Made by a program: the position numbers and the translations under genes. This document shows positions 1 to 14,840 of a stretch of 64,000 bases of DNA, piece by piece (the stretch's first letter is position 1; each line of letters opens with the position of its first letter). Below the pieces are notes generated by a model. The model was not told the DNA's origin and ran no database searches. It worked only from the letters and a program-made list of their open reading frames with translations. This DNA comes from the human T2T-CHM13v2.0 reference genome, Homo sapiens: assembly GCF_009914755.1 (NCBI RefSeq), contig NC_060933.1. One strand, written 5' to 3'.

Positions 1-1410
1 TTACATTCCGTTCCATTCCATTCCATTCCATTCGGATTGATTCTATTCAATTCCCTTACACTCCATTACATTCCATTCCATTCGGGTAGTTTCCATTCCA
101 TTCCATTCCATTCCTCTCCATTCCATTGCACTCGGGTTGATTCCATTCCATTCCATTCCATTCCATTCCGGATGATTCCATTCCATTGCATTCCGTTCCA
201 TTACATTCCCCTGCACTCGCGTTGATTCCATTCCATTCCATTCCATTCCATTGAATTCCATTCCATTACAATTCCTTCCATTCCATTCTATTCCGTACCA
301 TTCCATTCCATTCCATAACATTCCATTGCATTCCATTCCATTCCATTCCATTCCATTCCATTCCACTCCATTCCAGTCCTTTCCATTCCATTCCAATCAG
401 GTTGATTCCATTCTATTCCTTTCCATTCCATTCCTTTCCATTGCAATCGAGTTGATTCCATTGCTTTGCATTCCATTCCATTCCATTCCATTCCGGATGA
501 TTCCATTCCATTGCATTCCATTCCATTCCATTCCCCTGCACTCATGTTGAATCCATTCCATTCCACTCCATTCCGTTCCATTCCATTCCTTTCCATTACA
601 TTCCATTGTATTCGGGTTAATTCCATTCCATTCCATTCCATTCCATTCCATTCCATTCCATTCCATTCCATTACAATCGAGTTGATTCCATTCCATTCCT
701 TTCCATTCCATTCCAGTCCTTTCCATTCCATTCCACTCGGGGTGATTCCAATCTATTAGTTTCCATTCCATTACATTCCCTTCCATTCCACTCTGGTTGA
801 TTCCATTCCTTTCCATTCCACTCGAATACATTACCTCCTATTCCACTCCGAACGATTCCATTCCATTCCATTCCATTCCATTCCATTCCGTTCCATTCCA
901 TTCCATTACATTCGGATTGATACTATTCAATTCCTTTACACTCCATTACATTCCATTCCATTCGGGTAGTTTCCATTCCATTCCATTCCATTCCTCTCCA
1001 TTCCATTGCACTCGGGTTGATTCCACTGCATTGCATTCCATTCCATTCCTTTCAATTCCATTCCGTTCCATTCCATTCCATTACATTCGGATTGATTCTA
1101 TTCAACTCCCTTACTCTCCATTACATTCCATTCCATTCGGGTTGTTCCATTCCATTCCATTCCATTCCACTCCATTCCATTGCACTCGGGTTGATTCCAT
1201 TCCATTCCATTCCATTCCATTCCATTCCATTCCATTCCGGATGATTCCATTCCATTACATTCCGTTCCATTACATTCCCTTGCACTCGGGTTGATTCCAT
1301 TCCATTCCATTCCATTCCATTCGATTCCATTCCATTCCAATTCTTTCCATTCCATTCTATTCCGTACCATTCCATTCCATTCCATACAATTCCATTCCAT
1401 TCCATTCCAT

Positions 1411-1440
1411 TCCGTTCCGTTCCGTTCCGTTCCGTTCCGT
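1411..1440 (+). repeat. (TCCGT)6 CpG-containing variant-pentamer run
   Basis: Six consecutive TCCGT units. Confidence 0.9.
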
Positions 1441-3347
1441 TCCATTCCATTCCATTCCATTCTATTCAGGTTAATTCCATTCCATTCCATTCCATTCCAT
1501 TCTATTCCATTCCATTGCAATCGAGTTGAATCCATTGCATTCCATTCCATTCCATTCCGAAAGATTCCATTGCATTGCATTCCATTCCATTCCATTCCCC
1601 TGCACTCGTGTTGATTCCATTCCATTCCATTCCATTCCATTCCATTCCGAACCGTTCCATTCCATTCCATTCCATTCCATTCCATTCCGTTCCGTTCCAT
1701 TCCATTCCATTCCATTCCATTCTATGCGGGTTAATTCCATTCCATTCCATTCGATTGCAATCGAGTTGATTCCATTCCATTCCATTCCATTCCATTCCAT
1801 TCCATTCCTTTCCTTTCCATTACATTACGTATGATTCCATTCCATTTCATTCCATTCCATTCCATTCCCCTGTACTCGGGTTGATTCCATTCCATTCCAT
1901 TCCAATCCATGCCATTCCACTCGTGTTGATTCCATTCTTTCCATTCCATTCAAGTTGAATCCATTCCATTGCATTCCATTCCATTCGATTCCATTCGATT
2001 GCACTCGGGTTGATTCCATGGCTTTGCATTCCATTCCATTCCATTCCATTGCTTTCCATTCCATTCCATTCCCCTGTAGTCGGGTTGATTCCATTCCATT
2101 CCATTCCATTCCATTCCATTCCATTCCGTTCTGTTCCGTTCCGTTCCGTTCCATTCCATTCCATTCCATTCTATTCGGGTTAATTCCATTCCATTCCCTT
2201 CCATTCCATTCCATTCCATTCCAATCGAGTTGATTCCATTCCATTCCATTCCATTCCATTCCACTCCATTCCAGTCCTTTCCATTCCATTCCACTCGGGT
2301 TGATTCCAATGTATTCCTTTCCATTCCATTCCATTCCATTGCAATCGAGTTGATTCCATTGCTTTGCATTCCATTCCATTCCATTCCATTCCGGATGACT
2401 CCATTCCATTGCATTCCATTCCATTGCATTCCCCTGCACTCGGGTTGATTCCATTCCATTCCACTCCATTCCGTTGCATTCCATTCCATTCCATTGTATT
2501 CGGGTTAATTCCATTCCATTCCATTCCATTCCATTCCATTCCAATCGAGTTGATTCCATTCCATTCCATTCCATTCCATTCCATTCCATTCCCTTCCATT
2601 CCACTCTGGTTGATTCCATTCCTTTCCATTCCACTCGAATACATTCCCTCCTATTCCACTCGGAACGATTCCATTCCATTTCATTCCATTCCATTCCATT
2701 CCATTGCATTCCATTCCATTTCGTTCCATTACATTCTATTCCGTATCATTCCATTCCATTCCATTCCATTCCATTCCATTCCATTCCATTCCATTCCATT
2801 CCACTCGTGTTGATTCCATTCCTTTCCATTCCATTCGGTTTGAAGGCTTTCCATTCCATTCCATTCCATTCCATTCCATTCCATTCCATTCCATTCTACT
2901 CGGGTTGATTCCATTCCATTGCATTCCATTCCATTCCATTCCATTCCAATCCGTTGCATTCCATTCCATTACATTCGGATTGATTCTATTCAACTCCCTT
3001 ACTCTCCATTACATTCCATTCCATTCGGGTTGTTCCATTCCATTCCATTCCATTCCACTCCATTCCATTGCACTCGGGTTGATTCCATTCCATTCCATTC
3101 CATTCCATTCCATTCCGGATGATTCCATTCCATTGCATTCCGTTCCATTACATTCCCCTGCACTCGCGTTGATTCCATTCCTTTCCATTCCATTCCATTC
3201 CATTCAATTCCATTCCATTACAATTCGTTCCATTCCATTCTATTCCGTACCATTCCATTCCATTCCATACCATTCCATTCCATTCCATTCCATTCCATTC
3301 CATTCCGTTCCATTCCGTTCCATTCCATTCCATTCCATTCTATTCGG

Positions 3348-6300
3348 GTTAATTCCTTTCCATTCCATTCCATTCCATTCCATTCCATTCCAATCTATTC
3401 CATTCCATTGCAATCGAGTTGAATCAATTGCATTTCATTCCATTCCATTCCATTCCATTCCATTCCATTGCAATCGAGTTGAATCCATTGCATTTCATTC
3501 CATTCCATTCCATTCCATTCCATTCCGGAAGATTCCATTCCATTGCATTCCATTCCATTCCATTCCCCTGCACTCGCGTTGATTCCTTTCCATTCCATTC
3601 CATTCCATTCCATTCCATTCCGTTCCGTTCCGTTCCATTTCATTCCATTCCATTCCATTCCATTCCATTCCGTTCCGTTCCATTCCATTCCATTCCATTC
3701 TATTCGGGTTAATTCCATTCCATTCCATTCGATTGCAATCGAGTTGATTCCATTCCATTCCATTCCATTCCATTCCATTCCATTCCATTCCAATCGAGTT
3801 GATTGCATTCCATTCCATTACATTCCATTCCACTCCATTCCAGTCCTTTCCATTCCATTCCACTCGGGTTGATTCCATTCTATTCCTTTCCATTCCATTC
3901 CATTCCATTGCAATCGAGTTGATTCAATTGCTTTGCATTCCATTCCATTCCATTCCATTCCGGATGATTCCATTCCATTGCATTCCATTCCATTCCATTC
4001 CCCTTCACTCGGGTTGATTCCATTCCATTCCACTCCATTCCGTTCCATTCCATTCCATTCCATTTTATTCGGGTTAATTCCATTCCATGCCATTCCATTC
4101 CATTCCATTCCATTCCATTCCATTCCATTCTATTACAATCGAGTTGATTCCATTCCATTCCATTCCATTCCATTCCATTCCATTCCAGTCCTTTGCATTC
4201 CATTCCACTCGGGTTGATTCCATTCTATTAGTTTCCATTCCATTCCATTCCCTTCCATTCCACTCTGGTTGATTCCATTCCTTTCCATTCCAATCGAATA
4301 CATTCCCTCCTATTCCACTCGGATCGATTCCATTCCATTCCATTCCATTCCATTCCATTCCATTCCATTCCATTCCATTTCGTTCCATTCCATTCTATTC
4401 CGTACCATTCCATTCCATTCCATTCCTTTCCATTCCATTCCATTCCATTCCATTCCTCTCTTGTTGATTCCATTCCTTTCCATTCCATTCGGTTTGAAGG
4501 CATTCCATTCCATTCAATTCCATTCCATTCCATTCCATTCCATTCCATTCCATTGTACTCGGGTTGATTCCATTCCATTCCATTCCATTCCATTCCATTC
4601 CATTCCGTTGCATTCCATTCCATTACATTCGGACTGATTCTATTCAACTCCCTTACTCTCCATTACATTCCATTCCATTCGGGTTGTTCCATTCCATTCC
4701 ATTCCATTCCACTCCATTCCATTGCACTCGGGTTGATTCCATTCCATTCCATTCCATACCATTCCATTCCATTCCATTCCATTCCATTCCGTTCCATTCC
4801 GTTCCATTCCATTCCATTCCATTCTATTCGTGTTAATTCCATTCCATTCCATTCCATTCCATTCTATTCGTGTTAATTCCATTCCATTCCATTCCATTCC
4901 ATTCTATTCCATTCCATTGCAGTCGAGTTGAATCCATTGCATTTCATGCCATTCCATTCCATTCCATTCCATTCCGGAAGATTCCATTCCATTGCATTCC
5001 ATACCATTCCATTTCCCTGCACTCGCGTTGATTCCATTCCATTCCATTCCATTCCATTCCATTCCGTTCCGTTCCGTTCCATTCCATTCTATTCCATTCC
5101 ATTGCATTCCATTCCGTTCCGTTCCATTCCATTCCATTCCATTCTATTTGGGTTAATTCCATTCCATTCCATTCGATTGCAATCGAGTTGATTCCATTCC
5201 ATTCCATTCCATTCCATTCCATTCCATTCCATTCCATTCCATTCCTTTCCATTACATTACGGATGATTCCATTCCATTGCATTCCATTCCATTCCATTCC
5301 CCTGTACTCGGGTTGATTCCATTCCATTCCATTCCAATCCATGCCATTCCACTCGTATTGATTCCATTCTTTCCATTCCATTCAAGTTGAATCCATTCCA
5401 TTGCATTCCATTCCATTCGATTCCATTCGATTGCACTCGGGTTGATTCCATTCCATTGTATTCCATTCCATTCCATTCCATTCCATTCCATTCCATTCCA
5501 TTCCGTTCCATTCCATTCCATTACATTCGGATTGATTCTATTCAATTCCCTTACACTCCATTACATTCCATTCCATTCGGGTAGTTTCCATTCCATTCCA
5601 TTCCATTCCTCTCCATTCCATTGCACTCGGGTTGATTCCATTCCATTGCATTCCATTCGATACCATTCAATTCCATTCCGTTCCATTCCATTCCATTACA
5701 TTCGGATTGATTCTATTCAACTCCCTTACTCTCCATTACATTCGATTCCGTTCGGGTTGTTCCATTCCATTCCATTCCATTCCTCTCCATTTCATTGCAC
5801 TCGGGTTGATTCCATTCCATTCCATTCCATTCCGGAAGATTCCATTCCATTGCATTCCATTAAATTCCATTCCCCTGTACTCGCGTTGATTCCATTCCAT
5901 TCCATTCCATTCCATTGCATTCCATTGCATTCCATTGCATTACATTCCTCTGCACTCAGGTTGATTCCTTTCCATTCCATTCCATTCCATTCCATTCTAT
6001 TCGCGTTAATTCCATTCCACTCCATTCCATTACATTCCATTGCAATCGACTTGATTCCATTCCATTCCATTCCATTCCATTCCATTCCATTCCATTCAAG
6101 TCCTTTCCATTCCATTCCACTCGCGTTGATTCCATTTTATTAGTTTCCATTCCATTCCATTCCCTTCCATTCCACTCTGGTTGATTCCATTCCTTTCCAT
6201 TCTACTCGATTGCATTCCCTTCTATTCCACTCGGATTGATTCCATTCCATTCCGTTCCATTCCATTCCATTTCGTTCCATTCCATTCTATTCCATTCCAT

Positions 6301-9300
6301 TCCATTCCATTCCTTTCCATTCCATTCCGTTCCATTCCATTCCATTCCATTCCATTTCTTTCCATTCCATTCTATTCCATACCATTCCATTCCATTCCGT
6401 TCCATGCCATTCCACTCGGGTTGATTCCATTGTTTTCCATTCCATTTGGGTTGAATCCATTCCATTCCATTCCATTCCATTCCATTCCATTCCGTTCCAT
6501 TCCATTCCATTACATTCGTATTGATTGTATTCAATTCCCTTACACTCCATTACATTCCATTCCATTCGGGTTGTTTCCATTCCATGCCATTCCATTCCAC
6601 TCCATTCCATTGCAGTCGGGTTGATTCCATTCCATTCCATTCCATTCCCTTCCATTCCATTTCGTTCCATTCCATTCTATTCCATACCATTCCATTCCAT
6701 TCCATTCCATTCCATTCCATTCCATTCCATGCCATTCCACTCGGGTTGATTCCTTTCCATTCCATTCCATTCGGGTTGAAACCATTCCATTCTATTCAAT
6801 TCCATTCCATTTCGGATGATTGCATTCCATTGCCTTCCATTCAATTGCATTCCCCAGCACCCGGGTTGATTCCATTCAATTCCATTCCATTCCATTCCGT
6901 TCCATTCCATTCCATACCATTCCATTCCATTCCATTCCATTCTATTTGGGTTAATTCCATTCCATTCCATTCCATTCCATTCAGTTTCATTGCAATCGGG
7001 TTGATTCCATTCCGTTCCATTCCATTGCATTCCATTCCATTCCATTCCATTCCATTCCATTCCATTCCATTCCATTCCACTCGGGTTGATTCCATTCCTT
7101 TCCATTCCATTCGGGGTGAAGCCTTTCCATTCCATTCCATTCCTTTCGATTCCATTCCATTGCACTCGGGTGGATCCCATTCCTTTGCATTCCATTCCAT
7201 TCCATTCCATTCCATTCCATTCCCTTCCATTCCATTCCATTCTATTCCATTCCATTCCATTCTATTAGGGTTAATTCCATTCCATTCCATTCCATTCCAT
7301 TCCAATCCATTCCATTCCATTCCTTTGCAATCGAGTTTATTCCATTCCATTCCATTCCATTCCATTCCATTCCATTCCATTCCATTCCATTCCATTCAAT
7401 TCCATTGAACTCGGGTTGATTCCATTCCATTCCATGCCATTCCATTTCATTCCAATCCATTGCCTTCCATTCCATTCCATTCCTCTGCACTCGGGTTGAT
7501 TCCATTCCTTTCCATTCCATTCGATTCCATTCCATGCCATTCCACTCGGGTTGATTCCATTACTTTCCATTCCATTCGAGTTGAATCCATTCCATTCGAT
7601 TCCATTCCATTCGATTCCATTCCATTGCTCACGGGTTCATTCCATTCCATTCCATTCCATTCCATTCTGTTCCATTTCATTCCATTTCGTTCCATTCCAT
7701 TCTCTTCCGTACCATTCCATTCCATTCCATTCCACTCCATTCCATGCCGTTCCACTCGGGTTTATTCCATTCCTTTCCATTCCATTCGGGTTGAATTCAT
7801 TCCATTCCATTCCATTCCATTCCATTCCATTCCATTCCATTGCACTCGGGTTGATTCCATTCCATTCCATTCCATTCCACTCCATTCCATTGCACTCGGG
7901 TTGATTCCATTCCTTTCCATTCCATTCCAGTTGAACCCATTCCATTCTATTCCATTCCATTCCATTCCATTCCATTCCATTCCATTGCACACGGGTTCAT
8001 TCCATTCCATTGCATTCCATTCCATTCCATTCCATTCCATTTCGTTCCATTCCATTCTATTCCTTACCATTCCATTCCATTCCATTCCATTCCCTTCCAT
8101 GCCATTTCACTCGGGTTTATTCCATTCCTTTCCATTCCATGCGGGTGGAATCCATTCCATTCCATTCCATTCCATTCCATTCCATTGAACTCGGGTTGAT
8201 TCCATTCCATTCCATGCCATTCCATTTCATTCCATTCCATTCCATTCCGTTCCATTCCATTCCATTCCTTTCCGTTCAATTCCATTACATTCGGATTGAT
8301 TCTTTTTAATTCCCTTACACTCCATTACATTCCATTCCATTCGGGTAGTTTCCATTCCATTCCATTCCATTCCTCTGCATTCTATTGCACTCGGGTTGAT
8401 TGATTCCATTCCATTGCATTCCATTCCATTCAGGATGATTTCATTCCATTGCATTCCATTCCATTCCATTCCCCTGCACTCGTGTTGATTCCATTCCTTT
8501 CCATTCCATTCCATTCCGTTCCATTCCATTCCATTACATTCATACTGATTGTACTCAATTCCCTTACACTCCATTACATTCCATTCCATTCTGGTTGTTT
8601 CCATTCCATTACATTCCATTCTACTCCATTCCATTGCACTCAGGTTGATTCCATTCCATTCCATTCTATTTCGTTCCATTCCATTCTATTCCGTACCATT
8701 CCATTCCATTCCATTCCATTCCATGCCATTCCACTCAGTTTTATTACATTCCTTTCCATTCCATTCGGGTGGAATCCATTCCATTCCATTCCATTCCATT
8801 CCATTCCATTCCATTCCATTCCTTTGCACTCGGGTTGATTCCATTCCATTCCCTGCCATTCCATTTCATTCAATTCCATTCCATTCCATTCCATTCCATT
8901 CCATTCCATTCCGTTCCATTCCATTCCATTACATTCGGATTGATTGTATTCAATTCCCTTACACTCCATTACATTCCGTTCCATTCGGGTTGTTTCCGTT
9001 CCATTACATTCCATTCCACTCCATTCCATTGCACTCAGGTTGATTCCATTCCATTCCATTCCATTCCATTCCATTCCATTCCATTCCATTTCGTTCCATT
9101 CCATTCTATTCCGTACCATTCCATTCCATTCCATTCCATTCCATTCCATTCCATGCCATTCCACTCGGGTTGATTCCATTCCTTTCCATTCCATTCGGGT
9201 TGAATCCATTCCATTCCATTCCATTGCATTCCGTTCCATTCCATTCTCCTGCAATCGGGTGGATTCCATTCTATTCCATTCCATTCCATTCATTCCATTC

Positions 9301-12300
9301 CATTCCATTCCATTTCGTTCCATTCCATTCTATTCCGTACCTTTCCATTCCATTCCATTCCATTCCATTCCATTCCATGCCATGCCATTCCTCTCGAGTT
9401 GATTCCATTCCTTTCCATTCCATTCTAGTTGAATCCATTCCATTGCATTCCATTCCATTCGATTCCATTCAATTGCACACGGGTTCATTCCATTCCATTC
9501 CATTCGATTCCATTCAATTGCACACGGGTTCATTCCATTCCATTCCATTCCATTCCATTCCATTCCATTCCATTCCATTTCGTTCCATTCCATTCTATTC
9601 CGTACCATTCCCTTCCATTCCATTCCATTCCACTCCATTCCATGCCATTCCACTCGGGTTTATTCCATTCCTTTCCATTCCATTCGGGTTGAATCCATTC
9701 CATTCGGGTTGAATCCATTCCATTCCATTCCATTCCATTCCATTCCATTCCATTCCATTCCATGCCATTCCACTCGGGTTGATTCCATTCCTTTAAATTC
9801 CATTCGAGTTGAACCCATTCCATTCCATTCCATTCCATTCCATTCCATTCCATTCCATTCCATTGCTCACAGGTTCATTCCATCCAATTCCATTCCATTC
9901 CATTCCATTCCATTCCATTTCGTTCCATTCCATTCTACTCCGTACCATTGCATTCCATTCCATTCCCTTCCATGCCATTTCACTCGGGTTTATTCCTTTC
10001 CTTTCTATTCCATTCGGGTTGAATCCATTCCATTCCATTCCATTGCATTCCATTCCATTCCATTCCCCTGCAATCGTGTGGGTTCCATTCTATTCCATTC
10101 CATTCCATTCCATTCCATTCCATTCCATTGCATTCCATTCCATTCCATTTCGTTCAATTCCATTCTATTCCGTACCCTTCCATTCCATTCCATTCCATTC
10201 CATGCCATGCCATTCCACTCGGGTTGATTCCATTGCTTTCCATTCCATTTGGGTTGAATCTAATCCATTCCATTGCATTCCATTCCATTCCATTCCACTG
10301 CACTAGGTTTGATTCCATTTCACTGCATTCCATTCCATTCCATTCCATTAAATTCCATTCCACTCGGGTTGATTCCATTCCTTTCCATTCCATTGGTGTT
10401 GAATCCATTCCATTCCATTCCATTACTTTCGATTCCATTCCATTGCACTCGGGTTGAACCCATTCCATTGGATTCCATTCCATTCCATTGCATTCCATTC
10501 CGTTCCTTTCCATTCCATTACATTCGTATTGATTCTATTCACTTCCCTTACACTCCATTCCATTCCATTCCATTCGGGTTGTTTCCATTCCATTCCATTC
10601 CATTCCACTCCATTCCATTGCAATCAGGTTGATTCCATTCCATTCCATTCCATTCCATTCCGTATGATTCCATTCCATTGCATTCCATTCCATTCCATTC
10701 CCCTGCACTCGGGTGGATTCCATTCTATTCCATTCCATTCCATTCCACTCTATTCCATTCCATTCCATTCCATTCCATTCCATTCCATTCTATTCGGGTT
10801 AATTTCATTCCATTCCATTCCATTCCATTCCATTGCATTCCATTCCATTCCATTGAAATCAAGTTGATTCCATTTCATTCCATTCCATTCCATTCCATTC
10901 CATTCCATTCCATTGCATTCTATTCCGGTTAATTCCATTCCATTCCATTCCATTCCATTCCCTTCCATTCCATTCCATTCCATTCTAATAGGGTTAATTC
11001 CATTCCATTCCATTCCATTACATTCCATTGCAATCGAGTTGATTCCATTCCATTCCATTCAATTCCGGATGATTGCATTCCATTGCCTTCCATTCCATTC
11101 CATTCCCCTGCACTCGGGTTGATTCCATTCCATTCCTTTCCATTCCATTCCATTCCATTCCATTTCGTTTCATTCCGTTCTATTCCGTACCATTCCATTC
11201 CATTCCATTCCATTTCATTCCATTCCATTCCATGCCATTCCACTCGGGTTGATTCCATTCCTTTCCATTCCATTCGACTTGAATCCATTCCATTCCATTC
11301 CATTCCATTCGATTCCATTCCATTGCACTCGGGTTCATTCCATTCCATTCCATTCCATTCCATTCCATTCCATTCCATTCCATTCCATTCCATTCCACTC
11401 GGGATGATTCCATTCCTTTCCATTCCATTCGGGTTGAAACCATTCCATTCCATTCCATTCCTTTCGATTCCATTCCATTCCATTACATTCGGATTGATTC
11501 TATTCAATTCCCTTACACTCCATTACATTCCATTCCATTCGGGTTGTTTCCATTCCATTCCATTCCATTCCACTCCATTCCATTGCAATCGGGTTGATTC
11601 CATTCCATTCCATTCCATTCCATTCCGTTCCATTCCATTCCATTCCATTCTGTTCAGGTTAATTCCATTCCATTCCATTCCCTTCCATTCCATTCCATTC
11701 CATTCCATCCAATTGCAATCGAGTTGATTCCTTTGCATTCCATTCCATTCCATTCCATTCCATTGCATTCCATTCCATTAGATTCCATTCCATTGCATTC
11801 CATTCCATTCCATTCCCCTGCACTCAGATTGATTCCATTCCATCCCATTCCATTCCATTCCGTTCCATTCCATTCCATTCCATTCTATTCGCGTTAATTC
11901 CATTCCATTCCATTACATTCCATTGCAATCGAGTTGATTCCATTCCATTCCGTTCCATTCCATTCCATTCCATTCCATTTCGTTCCATTCCATTCTATTC
12001 CGTACCATTCCATTCCATTCCATTCCATTCCATTCCATGCCATTCCACTCGGGTTGATTCTATTGCTTTCCATTCCATTTGGGTTGAATCCAATCCATTC
12101 CATTCCATTCCATTCCATTCCATTCCATTGCACTAGGTTTGATTCCATTCCACTGCATTCCATTCCATTCTGTTCCATTCCATTCCATTACATTCGGATT
12201 GATTGTATTCAATTCCTTACACTCCATTACATTCCATTCCATTCGGGTTGTTTCCATTCCATTCCATTCCATTCCATTCCATTCCATTGCACTCAGGTTG

Positions 12301-14840
12301 ATTCCATTCCATTCCATTCCATTCCATTCCATTCCATTCCATTCCATTCCATTCCATTTCGTTCCATTCCATTCTATTCCGTACCATTCCATTCCATTCC
12401 ATTCCATTCCATGCCATTCCACTCGGGTTTATTCCATTCCTTTCCATTCCATTCGGGTTGAATCCATTCCATTCCATTCCATTCCATTCCATTCCATTCC
12501 ATTGCACTCGGGTTGATTCCATTCCATTCCCTGCCATTCCATTTCATTCCATTCCATTCCATTCCATTGCATTCCATTCCATTCCGTTCCATTCCATTCC
12601 ATTACATTCGGATTGATTGTATTCAATTCCCTTATACTCCATTACATTCCATTCAATTCGTGTTGTTTCCGTTCCATTACATTCCCTTCCACTCCATTCC
12701 ATTGCACTCAGGTTGATTCCATTCCATTCCATTCCATTCCATTCCATTCCATTCCATTTCGTTCCATTCCATTCTATTCCCTACCATTCCATTCCATTCC
12801 ATTCCATTCCATGCCAATCCACTCGGGTTTATTCCATTCCTTTCCATTCCATTCGGGTTGAATCCATTCCATTCCATTCCATTCCATTCCATTCCATTCC
12901 ATTCCATTCCATTCCCCTGCAATCGGGTGGATTCCATTCTATTCCATTCCATTCCTTTCCATTCCATTCCATTCCATTCCATTTCGTTCCATTCCATTCT
13001 ATTCCGTACCATTCCTTTCCATTCCATTCCATTCCATTCCATGCCATGCCATTCCACTCGGGTTGATTCCATTCCTTTCCATTCCATTCTAGTTGAATCC
13101 ATTCCATTGCATTCCATTCCATTCGATTCCATTCAATTGCAAACGGGTTCATTCCATTCCATTCCATTCCATTCCATTTCGTTCCATTCCATTCTATTCC
13201 GTACCATTCCCTTCCATTCAATTCCATTCCACTCCATTCCATGCCATTCCATTCGGGTTTATTCCATTCCCTTCCATTCCATTCGGGTTGAATCCATTCC
13301 ATTCCATTCCATTCCATTCCATTCCATTCCATGCCATTCCACTCGGGTTGATTCCATTCTTTTCCATTACATTCGAGTTGAACCCATTCCATTCCATTCC
13401 ATTCCATTCCATTCCATTCCATTCCATTCCATTCCACTCGGGTTGATTCCATTCCTTTCCATTCCATTCGGGTTGAAACCATTCCATTCCATTCCATTCC
13501 TTTCGATTCCATTCCATTTCACTCGGGTTGATCCCATTCCATTGCATTCCATTCCATTCCATTGCATTCCATTCCGTTCCATTCCATTCCATTACATTCG
13601 TATTGATTCTATTCAATTCCCTTACTCTCCATTACATTCCATTCCATTCGGGTTGTTTCCATTCCATTCCATTCCATTCCACTCCATTCCATTGCAATCG
13701 GGTTGATTCCATTCCATTCCATTGCATTCCATTCCATTTCATTCCATTCCATTCCATTCCATTCCATTCCGTATGATTCCATTCCATTGCATTGCATTCC
13801 ATTCCATTCCACTGCACTCGGTTGGATTCCATTCTATTCCATTCCATTCCATTCCATTCCATTCCATTCCATTCCATTCTATTCGGGTTAATTTCATTCC
13901 ATTCCCTTCCATTCTATTCCATTCCATTCCATTCCATTCCATTCCATTGAAATCGAGTTGATTCCATTCCATTCCATTCCATTCCATTCCATTCCATTCT
14001 ATTCGTGTTAATTCCATTCCATTCCATTCCATTCCATTCCCTTCCATTCCATTCCATTCCATTCCATTCCATTCCATTCTATTAGGGTTAATTCCATTCC
14101 ATTCCATTCCATTCCATTCCATTCCATTCCATTCCACTCCATTCCATGCCATTCCACTCGGGTTTATTCCATTCCTTTCCATTCCATTCGGGTTGAGTCC
14201 ATTCCATTCCATTCCATTCCATTCCATTCCATGCCATTGCACTCGGGTTGATTCCATTCCTTTCCATTCCATTCGAATTGAACCCATTCCATTCCCTTCC
14301 ATTCCATTCCATTCCATTCCATTCCATTGCTCACGGGTTCATTCCATTCCATTCCATTCCATTCCATTCCATTCCATTTCGTTCCATTCCATTCTACTCC
14401 GTAGCATTCCATTCCATTCCATTCCCTTCCATGACATTTCACTCGGGTTTATTCCATTCCTTTCCATTCCATTCGGGTTGAATCCATTCCATTCCATTCC
14501 ATTCCATTCCATTGCGCTCGGGTTGATTCCATTCCATTCTATGCCATTCCATTTCATTCCGTTCCATTCCATTCCATTCCTTTCCATTCCTTTCCTTTCA
14601 ATTCCATTCCATTACATTCGGATTGATTCTTTTTAATTCCCTTACACTCCATTACATTCCATTCCATTCGGGTACTTTCCATTCCATTCCATTCCATTCC
14701 ACTGCATTCTATTGCACTCGGGTTGATTGATTCCATTAGATTGCATTCCATTCCATTCCATTCCCCTGCACTCGGGTTGATCCCATTCCATTGCATTCCA
14801 TTCCATTCCGTTCCATTCCATTCCATTCCATTCTGTTCAG
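3348..14840 (+). repeat. 11.5-kb tandem segmental duplication, copy 1
   Basis: Rare variants recur at offsets of 11468-11493, e.g. caatctattc 3391/14884, ccccagcacccggg ~6852/18340, cggggtgaagcc ~7112/18595, ttagattgc ~14736/26209. The ORF track is duplicated almost verbatim. Confidence 0.95.
3523..5842. promoter_or_regulatory. Three perfect heat-shock elements TTCcgGAAgaTTC (3523-3535, 4972-4984, 5830-5842)
   Basis: Exact match to the HSF1 consensus of three alternating nGAAn pentamers. The motif is seen in sequence; function is untested. Confidence 0.55.

Noticed and set aside
821-860. Non-pentamer island (reverse strand ...ATAGGAGGGAATG in canonical copies) resembling a Shine-Dalgarno plus ATG
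   Set aside because: It is a diverged stretch that stays in pentamer register and recurs as part of the satellite unit. The downstream ORFs are repeat translations and the context is not prokaryotic.
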